Part shown: one piece after another, positions 49,710-64,000 of the stretch
Layout of the letters: each line of letters starts with the position of its first letter
Position numbering within the stretch: position 1 is the first letter of the stretch
Assembly (NCBI RefSeq): GCF_964213995.1
Contig: NC_135827.1
Coordinates: 17,794,001 to 17,858,000, forward strand
DNA from: Mustelus asterias
Taxonomy: Eukaryota
DNA: 64,000 nucleotides
Direction: 5' to 3'
The notes under the pieces: generated by a model
What the model was told of the DNA's origin: nothing
Seen by the model: only the letters and a program-made list of their open reading frames with translations
The model's database searches: none
Position numbers and translations under genes: made by a program

Positions 49710-50170
49710 ATTAGAGAAGTGTACATACCTCAGTGGGTTAGAGGAGGTTACAAAGATTTGGAGGGGTCAGGCTGTCGAGAGATTTGAAAAAAATGATGAG
49801 GATTTTAAATTTGAGGCATTGCTTAACCAGGAACCAACAAAGCTGATCAAGCACAGGAATCGGCCTTAGTGTGAGTTGGTTCAAAGGCAGGAGAGTTTAA
49901 GGTGACAAGTTTACTGAGGGCAGAATATTCACTGGAGGGTGTTGCAATGGCCGAGTCTAGCGTTTCAAAGGCTTGGGTAAGATTTGCAGCAGCCAATGAG
50001 CTGAAGCAAGGACAGATTGAGATGGACAATGTTACAGAGGTGGCAACAGGTGATCTTAGTGGTGGCATGGTTCTGAGGTTGGAGGTCATCTTGAGGGGTG
50101 AGGGGGAATTAAATGACATCAAGGTTGCAAAAGCAGTGTGGTTCAGCCTCAGACAGTTAACAGGGAGAAA
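49710..50170 (-). mobile_element. Old L2-clade LINE fragment (host of the Rex1 copy; continues at ~48150-48400)
   Basis: ..PCFSSLAAANLTQAFETLDSA.. resembles the L2 ORF2 motif P.LS...AE.LIHAF..SRLDY. Confidence 0.5.
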
Positions 50171-50489
50171 GAGAGGCAGAGGGCAGGATTTTCCGATCTC
50201 ATTCATGTTGCCCCGGCTGAAGAATTTGGCGCTCAGCCAAAATTCCATTCACTGCAGCAGCACCAGAGAATCCCAGCCACAGGCAACAACAAAGGTTTCC
50301 AGTGAAAGTCAGGTGACAAAGGAGCAGAATTCGCGGGACATATGTAATGCACAACAATAAAAGCAGTAAAAACTGGGGAATAAGAATACTGTTTCAAACT
50401 GTTCTTTTACTGAGTGAAAGCAAATAGTTCTAATTAGGTTTAATTAGAGGGAATTTCTGCTCATCCAGCACTGAATGTGGGACAAATTA

Positions 50490-51175
50490 CACTCATTGAC
50501 ACTCTTTAAGGTCATTTACACTCTTTCGAGGTCATTTACACTCTGGGGCCATTTACACTCGGGGGCCATTTACACTTTTTGGGGTCATTTACACTCTGGG
50601 GTCATTTACACTCAGGTGGTCATTTACACGGGATCATTTACACTTGGGGTAATTAACACTTTTTGGGGTCATTTGCACTCAGGTGGTCATTTATACTCGG
50701 AGTCATTTACACTCGGGGTAATTAACACTTTTTGGGGTCATTTGCACTATGCGGTCATTTACACTCAGGTGGTCATTTGAACGGGGTCATTTACACTCTG
50801 GGGTCATTTACACTCAGGTGGTCATTTACACGGGATCATTTACACTTGGGGTAATGAACACTTTTTGGGGTCATTTGCACTCAGGTGGTCATTTATACTC
50901 GGAGTCATTTACACTCGGGGTAATTAACACTTTTTGGGGTCATTTACACTCAGGTGGTCATTTACACTCTTGGGGTCATTACGCTTTTGGGAGTAATTTA
51001 CACTTAGAATCATTTACATTTAGGTCATTTACACTATTTGGGGTGATTTACACTTTTGGGAGTCATTTACACTTGGCGTCATTACACTTTTGGGGTGATT
51101 GACACTATTTGGGGGTGATTGACACTGGGGTGATTGACACTATTTGGGGTGATTGACACTTTGGGGTGATTGGGG
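50490..51175. repeat. 15-17-bp minisatellite (ggggtcatttacact) with a 202-bp higher-order duplication
   Basis: Dozens of units; the block at 50581 recurs at 50783; the unit drifts to ggggtgattgacact near the promoter. Confidence 0.9.
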
Positions 51176-51219
51176 TTATATTGCTGTCAGTGGAGGCTGG
51201 AAGGGGTGGAGTTGGATTG

Positions 51220-51450
51220 TAATCGAGGCGGGGCTGTTTCTATGACAACAGCGGCTGGTGCTGAGGCTAAGGGGCCGGAATGGCTGAGCTGCCCGGAGGT
51301 GAGAGGGACGGAGAGGGGAGGATGGGGCCGCTTTGTTGCCGCCGCCGAGAGGGGAGATGCGGCCGGTGCTTATCCCGGTTTGCCTGCCTGCCTGCCGGCC
51401 CGGGGGGCGGGGGGCGGGGGGCTTGAGGCCGGGCCTGGGTGTAGAGGCCG
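51220..51450 (+). promoter_or_regulatory. AAMDC CpG island, promoter and candidate first exon ending at 51298
   Basis: GC box GAGGCGGGGC 51225-51234, X-box-like GTTTCTATGACAAC 51236-51249, donor GAG/gtgaga at 51299; next acceptor caacag at 54066. Confidence 0.65.
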
Positions 51451-52412
51451 CTGATCCTCTCAGTCTGTCCCGGGAATGTCTCTTCCAGCTCTCCTGCCTC
51501 TCCCAGCAACATACGACACCGACTGTGTGAGGCAGCTCACTGAGTTAAAACTATCGGACATCTCCTGGTCGCCACCTCCACAGGTTGAGAGCTCCTGAGC
51601 AGGTTTGCAAAAGGATGCAAAACAACTGGGAACTTGCCAAGTTTAATGATGCAGAAGTTTCCATATCTGGAACAGAAAAGATATTTTTGTTCCAGTAACA
51701 GTGACAATTTTATTGCACTCTTTTGTAAACCTGCTGTGCTATTTTATTTAGGCAGCAGTAAATGGATGAGGTTCGGATCTGTGTTTGCCAGTGTCCTGTT
51801 ATCCAGTGCCAGAAGCTGCTGTGTACCAGTTAATCTTTTTGATGGAATATGGTGAGCTCCCAGCCATTAGTAAAATAATTTCCCTTCAACTGTACTTTTG
51901 GACCTACTTGGGGGTGTTTTAGACTTGCTTCTGTGGTTACATTGAAACATTATCTCCTTGGTGTGCATGTCTTTTCACGACGTTGTCCTGACTTCTCGGT
52001 GACACAGTGGTTAGCACTGCTGCCCCAGAGCACCAGGACCAGGGTTCAATTCCTGGCTTGAGTCACTATCTATGCAGCGTTTGCGCAAGTAGCTGGTCTG
52101 AAACTATTGTTGGAAGGATGGAACAATGTTGATTGGTAAAGGCACTAATAGAATGTCACCCATCACGAGAGGTCTTAAGCTGGCAACATATACTGCTCAG
52201 AATGCTGCAGGGATCATGGTTGGGTCATTATTATTAATTTGTGTGAACAACTTGGATTCACGAATGAAAATGTAATTAGTAAAATTCACAGATGTTGTTT
52301 AGCTGGGATAAGTGAGCAGTTGAGGCAGCCAATGAGCTATAGAAGGATCCAGATAAAATTTGCAAGTAGGCAGAGCAATGGTAGATGAAATTAAGATAGA
52401 CAGTTGCATATT

Positions 52413-52718
52413 CATAGAATTATAAAATCCCTACAGCGCAGAAGGAGGCCATTTGGCCCATCGAGTCTGCGCCAACTCGCCGACATATTTACTCTGTTAA
52501 TCCCGCGAACCTACACATCTTGGGACACAAAGGGGAAATTTAGCACGGCCAAACCATCTAACCTGCGCGTCTTTGGAGTGTGAAAGGAAATCGGAGCACC
52601 TGGAGGAAACCCATGCAGGCACAGGGAGAATGTGCAAACTCCACACAGTCACCCGAGGCCGGAATTGAATCCAGGTCCCTGGTGCTGTGAGGCAGCAGTG
52701 GTAAACACTCTGCCACCT
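52413..52718 (-). mobile_element. HE1 SINE (AAMDC intron 1)
   Basis: Head, V-domain, tail. Confidence 0.85.
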
Positions 52719-54073
52719 TTGGGTGGTATTGGGTGAATAATCAGACACACTTGCTCAATGAACAATGATAAACTTAAAAGCAGAGAGCCTGAAAAAAATC
52801 TGGAATTGATGGTAGATTTGATAGTATGTACAGTTATTGCGGAATTAGTAGAATTTTACTGGAAAAAAGATGAATAGTTGTATCACAAAGAAAAGTAAAA
52901 ATGAGGCAAGGCACTATCCCTCCAATGAGAGATTTATAAAAATAGATAGGCTGGATACACTTGGGCTTAAAAGAGTTGGGGCCATCTAAAAACATACAGC
53001 ATTGAATGAAACAGAAAATATAAACTTCAAATGTTATTTCACAATGAACCTTCAAAGGTGATATGGGTAAAAACTAGCAAAAGGCAAGATCAAGACTTTT
53101 ATCTGGAAGTATATTGTCACATAAAGAATGATCGGCACTTGAACTGGCATTCAGGCTCATGGGTGGAGGCGATTCTGTGGTTTAGATAATTGTGGGTTTG
53201 TATGAAAGAATTGAGGTTTTTGGATAAAATGGCTCACTATTCTGTACTTTTGTGCCGTAACTATTATCTTTATTTGCATTATAATTTTCTCCCTTTCTTT
53301 TCAAAGAGGGCAGCTCCAACAAGAGTTTGGTTTGGTGGATGCCGGCTTCACCCAATGGCTGTTATTCATACGTGAACTTAGTTTACTCATTTGCTAGCAC
53401 ACTATCAGGATGATCACAGCCAAATCAATGGTCAAAATCCCATCATTAAGAATCCAAATTTTTAAGACGATCTTGCATGTAATTGGTTTGTCTTTGAAGT
53501 TATCTCTTAATTATTATCGCTGACTTGAAACTTCAACCCAAGCTGGTATTTGTGCATTATGGATCAAAAAGCTCTGAAGTTAGGCATATGATCCAGGCTA
53601 ATTTCAGAAGGGGCAGCAGTAGGGATGTTCAATTGGCCACATTACCTTAAAATAGGAAAAGGAAAAATAGGTTTCCACAGTTGCTTCTTGATTAAATGAC
53701 CTGTGACCACTTATTGTTCAGGCCCACAAATGTGTAGTGGTTTCTTGGGAGAGCTGCATGTGTGAATCAGCACACTGGAATGAGAAGAAAGCCTTTAGAG
53801 AAGAGCAAAAAAACCAAGGGAAAGGAAATCTGACAAGTTGTGGAATAATGGGCTCTTCTGTTGGAAGTGCTAATGGTAGGCATTCCAGTGATTCGTTTAG
53901 TTAAAAGGTCTTAGCCACATTTAAGCTGGCAACATATACTGCCCAGAATGCTACAGGGATCATGACTGGGCACTTCCTTTAAATACACCAAATGGAAAAT
54001 GACTGGAATCCAACGAAGAGTGTAATCGGCTCTTGAAGCTCAGTTCTTGTTTTCCTTTCCCAACAGCGATTGA

Positions 54074-58421
<4,348 letters not shown>

Positions 58422-58657
58422 AGCATCTGAGCTGCCATCTAGTGGACCACAGGAGATTAGTTAGTTATGTTCAGATGCCCAGTTTTAACATTTTTGTTAT
58501 TTTTTTAAACACAAAGAAACAAAATAGCTCAAAATGTGTGTTCTGAGCAGTGGGGCAGACTTTGAAAACCATTTAAACAATTTCCTTGCTTTCAATTGAA
58601 AAGATTATTTGAAATGCAGTGAAGCAATAGTTGATTATATTATCTGTTTGACTGATT

Positions 58658-58663
58658 AATAAA
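58658..58663 (+). terminator. AAMDC polyadenylation signal
   Basis: AATAAA ~237 nt after the stop codon. Confidence 0.55.
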
Positions 58664-58962
58664 CATTCCTTATTGCGTCTGTCTACAGTGTATGCTGAAC
58701 TCTATTATATCACTTCTGACTTTGGCTGTTGCAGATGTTGGTTTATAGTCAGTGCTGTGAGCATGGGATCTTTATCTCGTATGCATGTAGCCCAGAGTAG
58801 CAAGTACTAGATGTTTGTTATCTGTGCCTGGAATTGACTTTGGGTAATTGGGGTAACAGCAACCTAAATAACTTCCCTATAAGTTATTAATAATTTGAAA
58901 GCCATCACTGACCATCAGATGTAGCCGTGGCAACTACTTTAATTGCAATAGCTGTCTTCTAA

Positions 58963-59253
58963 GCCTTTTGGCTAAGATCAAGTGTAGTGTCGACATGCTG
59001 TGCTTGGTTGAAGTCATTAGGTTACATTTTAGCTTCATTTGAAGCAATTTTTAAAAGCGGCATCTCGGCCTTTTGGCTAAGATGAAAGCCTTGGAGGAGA
59101 AGCTATGCCTACTCCAATCAGCTTGGATCATGTAGATCAAGCCCAAGATAGGAGGTGAGAGCCCTGTCTTAGCTTGGATCGGGAATGTCTCAACTTGTTG
59201 AGACTCTGAATTGAACTTGATTTGATTGAATTGGAATAAAAATACAAAAAAAA
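58963..59253 (+). mobile_element. U2 snRNA-headed retroposon (SINEU-like) with poly(A) tail and 14-bp TSD
   Basis: U2 nt 12-37 at 58963-58988; U2 nt 7-27 at 59063-59083; AATAAA 59235, A-tail to 59254; TSD agctgtcttctaag 58950-58963 / 59254-59267. Confidence 0.8.
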
Positions 59254-59284
59254 AGCTGTCTTCTAAGATGACAACTGACATCAG

Positions 59285-59540
59285 GTTTAAAGTTTATTAA
59301 CACTGCAATAAAGTTACTGTGAAAATCCCCTAGTCGCCACACTCTTGTACCTTTTTGGGTACATTGAGGGAGAATTTAGCATAGCCAATGCACCTAACCA
59401 ACTCACCATTCAGACTGTGGGAGGAAACCGGAGCACCTGGAGGAAACCCACGCAGACACAGGGAGAAAGTGCTGACTCCGCACAGTGAGCCAAGCCAGGA
59501 ATCGGACCTAGGTCCCTGGGATTGTGAGGTAGCAATAACG
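59285..59540 (-). mobile_element. HE1-like SINE, type B
   Basis: V-domain and type B tail. Confidence 0.8.
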
Positions 59541-60437
59541 ATGAATGAAACATCATCTAAATTTATTGAGTCATTAAACGTCCCACATTCCACAGTCACT
59601 CATGTAATTCATCACAATCACCTCATAGAATGATAGAATGGTTATAGCCCACCGGGTCCACTTTGACCTTTTTGACCAAACCGCAACTAATGACTTCCCA
59701 AAGATCACAGCTTAAATAATTCTGAGGTGTACACAACACTGTATAATTGGCTTTGCTGTGTCACGTGTAAGTTTGTTTCACATTCCAAAAAAAAAAGCTA
59801 GCTGCAAAAAATGTAGAAATAGAACACTTCGTGTGAACTGCTGGCTACTTTTTCTCTTAACTAAATTCATTTAAATGATTGTTTTCAGCCACAGAAATAA
59901 ATACCTCATACTAAAGATAATTGTAAAAAGGAATGAATACATTAGTTTACTAAATAGAGGCAGCAGGCCAAAGCTGAAATAAACCCTAAATGATCCACTA
60001 GTGCCGAGTGAAGGAGGGGAATTCTAAAAATATTTGGAGGGATTGACACTTAAGCCAAATTCAAATAGATTTGAGTTTCAACTTGCTTTGACATTTAGCT
60101 CACCCACCCTTGTGTAATTGAGGTAAGAAAGTGACCTAAATTACTTTCCTTCAAGCCACTTGTAATTTGGAAAGCAATGAATCAACTACATTTTACCTGT
60201 CCCCATCAGTGAGCACCAGCCGTAGCCATGACAACTTATTTGCTATAACTGTCCTTAAGGATTCTGAAACATCAAGAGCACAGAAAACCCTCACATCGGG
60301 AGCTGAGAATGATTTCCAGCAGAAAAAATATACTCTTTAGTAATAGATACTGGGTATGATTCATCAATTTGCTGTCTTTAAAAAAACATTGGTTTGGTTG
60401 AGAAATCTACTCTCTTACCAAATGGGTAAAAGATATA

Positions 60438-60558
60438 AGGTGGAATTTCCCCGTTCCACCCGCCACGAGAATCGTAGCGGGCGGGGGCGGACCACGCAAA
60501 GGTCTGTTGACCTAGGGCGGGATTTTTCGGTTTTGGGGCGAGCTGGAAAATCCCACCC
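60438..60558. mobile_element. MITE-like element
   Basis: aggtggaatttcc ... ggaaaatcccaccc imperfect TIRs; ata/gta flanks. Confidence 0.6.
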
Positions 60559-60755
60559 GTAGATTCTTGGGAAATGATGTGTGGCTTGTAGAGGAGACGC
60601 TTTTTGGTTTGTCTGCCATGACTAGCCTGCCCTTGAGCAAATTTGTTTCTGTACATTGTGAAACACCAGTCTCGAAGGTGACCTCAGATTAGTAAACAGG
60701 ATATATTTTCAAAATGTGAAAGCTTTAATCAGTTCAACCGGCTTAACACAACACT

Positions 60756-61109
60756 AAGAACATAGGAAATGGGAGCATGCGGCCCATCGAGCCAGCTCAG
60801 TCGCTCAATACGATCGTGGCTGGTATTTGACTTCAACTCCACTTTTCCTGCCCGCTCCCCGTATTGTTTGATTTCCTGAGTGACCAAAAACATGTCAATC
60901 TCAGCCTCAAATATATTCAGCGATGGAGGATCTACAATCCCCCGGGCAAGAGAATTCCAATGATTCACAATCCTTTGAGTGAGGAAATAAATATTCCCTT
61001 ATCCTCACCGACTATGCCCTCATGTTCTAGATTCCCCAGACAGCGGAACCAGCCTCTCAGTGTTGACCCTGTCAAATCCCTTCAGAATCCTCTATGTTTC
61101 AGTGAGATT
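60756..61109 (-). mobile_element. CR1 LINE 3' end
   Basis: taagaacatagga tail; ..NHWNSLARGIVDPPSLNIFEAEIDMFL. Confidence 0.85.
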
Positions 61110-61566
61110 ATCGCCATGTATTACCACTAAGTAACATATTCTATATATACTAAAATATGACTTCAATTTCTATCAAAGCTTGGACAGGATTCCTTCATCT
61201 CAAGTATATTGTTTTACACAGAAAACTTACTTTAAAAATAAATTGCTGTGCATAACAATATAATCTGTACAACCTGTGTTGACTTAATTTTACCAACCAA
61301 GAGTTATTGTGTAATAAAAGCAAAATACTGAGGATCTGAAATAAAAACAGAAAATGCTGGGAAAACTCAGTTGGTCTGGCTGACCTGTCCTGTTCTCTGT
61401 AATGTTTAAGTTATGTGGCAGCTTGGCCCAGGTGATAGCACTCTTACGTCTGATTCAGAATTTTGAGAGCGTTATGCTGATGGAGGAAAAAAACATGGAA
61501 TTATACACAGAAATATTGGACTTTTAAAAGACCTGAGTTTTATATCTTAAAATGAACACAAACTCT

Positions 61567-61813
61567 TGATGCACTATCGATTACGATACAAGGACTCAGC
61601 GAGTGAGTGAAATAACAGGCTTTTATTCGCAAAGAACTGGAGCACACCCTTGTAGCTAACCTGGCCCAGACTGAGGCGAGGAGGAGGAACCATCACCTTT
61701 ATACCTCGCTCAGGTGGAAAGGGAGGAGTCTCAGGTGGAAAGGGAGGAGTCTCGGGCCAGGTGCAGCATGGGTGGGTCCAGGGATACACATGTAATTACA
61801 GTGGGTCACCACA
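61567..61813 (-). mobile_element. Solo LTR (247 bp) with 5-bp TSD
   Basis: TG...CA termini; TSD actct at 61562-61566 and 61814-61818; on - strand TATAAA (~61698-61703) precedes AATAAA (~61622-61627). Confidence 0.85.
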
Positions 61814-61920
61814 ACTCTGAAGATGGCTAAGAATGTAGTTAGCCACTTGCAGGAATGGTTGCAGGGTGTTTCTCTGAAGGACAATGGAACCCCTCCCTGT
61901 GCTTCCAGACAAGGTATTGT

Positions 61921-64000
61921 CTGGTAAATAATGTTGCCAGTGGACCCAAAGAAAGGGAATTCATTGAATGTTTACAGGATGGCTTTTTGGAACAGCTTGT
62001 GATGGAGCCCACGAGGGAACAGGCTATTCTGGACTTAGTGTTATGTAATGAGCCAGACGTGATAAAAGATCTTAAAGTAAGGGAACACTTAGGAAGCAGT
62101 GATCATAATATGGTAGAATTCAGTCTGCAATTTGAAAGAAGGAAGGCAGAATCAGATGTGAAGGTTCTACAGTTAAATAAAGGTAATTACAGGCGCATGA
62201 GGGAGGAACTGACAAAAATCGACTGGAAGCAGAGCCTAATGGGAAAGACAGTAGAACAGCAATGGCAGGAGTTTCTGGGAGTAATTGAGGACACAGTGCA
62301 GAGGTTCATCCCAAACAAAAGAAAGGTTATCAGAGGGGGGATTAGGCAGCCATGGCTGACAAAGGAAGTCAGGGAATGCATCAAGGCAAAAGAGAGAGCC
62401 TATAATGTGGCAAAGAGTAGTGGGAAGTCAGAAGATTGGGAAGGCTATAAAAACAAACAGAGGATAACAAAGAGAGAAATAAGGAAGGAGAGGATCAAAT
62501 ATGAAGGTAGGCTAGCCAGTAACATTAGGAATGATAGTAAAAGTTTCTTTAAATACATTAAAAACAAACGGGAGGCAAAAGTAGACATTGGGCCGCTCCA
62601 AAATGACGCTGGTAATCTAGTGATGGGAGACAAGGAAATAGCTGAGGAACTTAATAAGTACTTTGCGTCAGTCTTCACAGTAGAAGACATGAGTAATATC
62701 CCAACAATTCAGGAAAGTCAGGGGGCAGAGTTGAATATGGTTGCCATCACAAAGGAGAAAGTGCTAGAGAAACTAAAAGTTCTGAAAATTGATAAATCTC
62801 CGGGCCCAGATGGGCTACATCCTAGAGTTCTAAAGGAGATAGCTGAAGAAATAGTGGAGGCGTTAGTTATGATCTTTCAAAAGTCACTGGAGTCAGGGAA
62901 AGTCCCAGAGGATTGGAAAATCGCTGTTGTAACCCCACTGTTCAAGAAGGGAACAAGAAAAAAGATGGAAAATTATAGGCCAATTAGCCTAACCTCAGTT
63001 GTTGGCAAAATTCTAGAATCCATCGTTAAGGATGAGATTTCTAAATTCTTGGAAGTGCAGGGTCGGATTAAGACAAGTCAGCATGGATTTAGTAAGGGGA
63101 GGTCGTGCCTGACAAACCTGTTAGAGTTCTTTGAAGAGATAACAAATAGGTTAGACCAAGGAGAGCCAATGGATGTTATCTATCTTGACTTCCAAAAGGC
63201 CTTTGACAAGGTGCCTCACGGGAGACTGCTGAGTAAAATAAGGGCCCATGGTATTCGAGGCAAGGTACTAACATGGATTGACGATTGGCTGTCAGACAGA
63301 AGGCAGAGAGTTGGGATAAAAGGTTCTTTCTCAGAATGGCAACCGGTGACAAGTGGTGTCCCGCAGGGTTCAGTGTTGGGGCCACAGCTGTTCTCTTTAT
63401 ATATTAACGATCTAGATGACGGGACTGGGAGCATTCTGGCCAAGTTTGCCGATGATACAAAGATAGGTGGAGGGGCAGGTAGTATTGAGGAGGTGGGGAG
63501 GCTGCAGAAAGATTTAGACAGTTTAGGAGAGTGGTCCAAGAAGTGGCTGATGAAATTCAACGTGGGCAAGTGCGAGGTCGTACACTTTGGAAAAAAGAAT
63601 AGAGGCATGGACTATTTTCTAAACGGTGACAAAATTCATAATGCTAAAGTGCAAAGGGACTTGGGAGTCCTAGTCCAGGATTCTCTAAAGGTAAACTTGC
63701 AGGTTGAGTCCGTAATTAAGAAAGCAAATGTAATGTTGTCATTTATCTCAAGAGGCTTGGAATACAAAAGCAGGGATGTACTTCTGAGGCTTTATAAAGC
63801 ACTGGTTAGGCCCCATTTGGAGTACTGTGAGCAATTTTGGGCCCCACACCTCAGGAAGGACATACTGGCACTGGAGCGGGTCCAGCGGAGATTCACACGG
63901 ATGATCCCAGGAATGGTAGGCCTGACATACGATGAACGTCTGAGGATCGTGGGATTATATTCATTGGAGTTTAGGAGGTTGAGGGGAGATCTGATAGAAA
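61921..64000 (+). mobile_element. Young 5'-truncated CR1 LINE; ORF2 (APE endonuclease C-terminus + RT) uninterrupted to the window end
   Basis: Stop-free frame from 61831: ILDLVL..LGSSDHNMV, KSPGPDG, NYRPISLTS, YLDFQKAFDKVPH, GVPQGSVLGP, KFADDTK. Confidence 0.95.

Noticed and set aside
50475-51102. Repetitive ORFs (WGHLHSG...)
   Set aside because: Translations of the minisatellite; no splice or homology support
58963-59083. Functional U2 snRNA gene
   Set aside because: Only nt 12-37 and 7-27 are present; no Sm site or 3' stem-loops, and it sits within a TSD-flanked poly(A) insert
59600-61500. INTS4 terminal exon expected from human synteny
   Set aside because: No frame resembling the INTS4 C-terminus was found by eye
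62187-63608. Minus-strand ORFs over the CR1
   Set aside because: Antisense shadows of the + strand CR1 ORF2

Overview
Eukaryotic (elasmobranch/shark-type) genomic DNA, judged from the abundant HE1 V-SINEs and CR1/HER1-type LINE tails. I assembled three spliced housekeeping genes by hand; all introns are GT-AG and exon phases are consistent. They are RBM7 (- strand, 5 coding exons, 27397->19901, 295 aa), REXO2 (+ strand, 7 exons, 37209/37434->44742, 281/206 aa) and AAMDC (+ strand, candidate upstream exon near 51.3 kb plus 3 coding exons, 54077->58421, 122 aa). The rest is mostly transposable-element debris: about 28 HE1 copies with two different tails, a second tRNA-SINE, a Deu-domain SINE, CR1, Rex1/Babar, L2 and RTE fragments, Penelope-type terminal repeats, MITEs and two solo LTRs. 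A different minisatellite abuts each of the three promoters. Nearly all ORFs in the supplied track are spurious repeat translations, and the longest real frame (CR1 ORF2, open to the window end) is missing from it. The most unusual object is a ~290-bp poly(A)-tailed, TSD-flanked retroposon at 58963-59253 carrying two U2 snRNA 5' fragments, a candidate U2-headed SINE. Also notable are a minimal hammerhead ribozyme in a Penelope-type fold-back, a TIR-bounded 1.57-kb element with a fold-back inside one TIR, and an ETS/GC-box tandem array at the RBM7 promoter. Repeat boundaries are approximate and family names come from motif recognition, not database searches.
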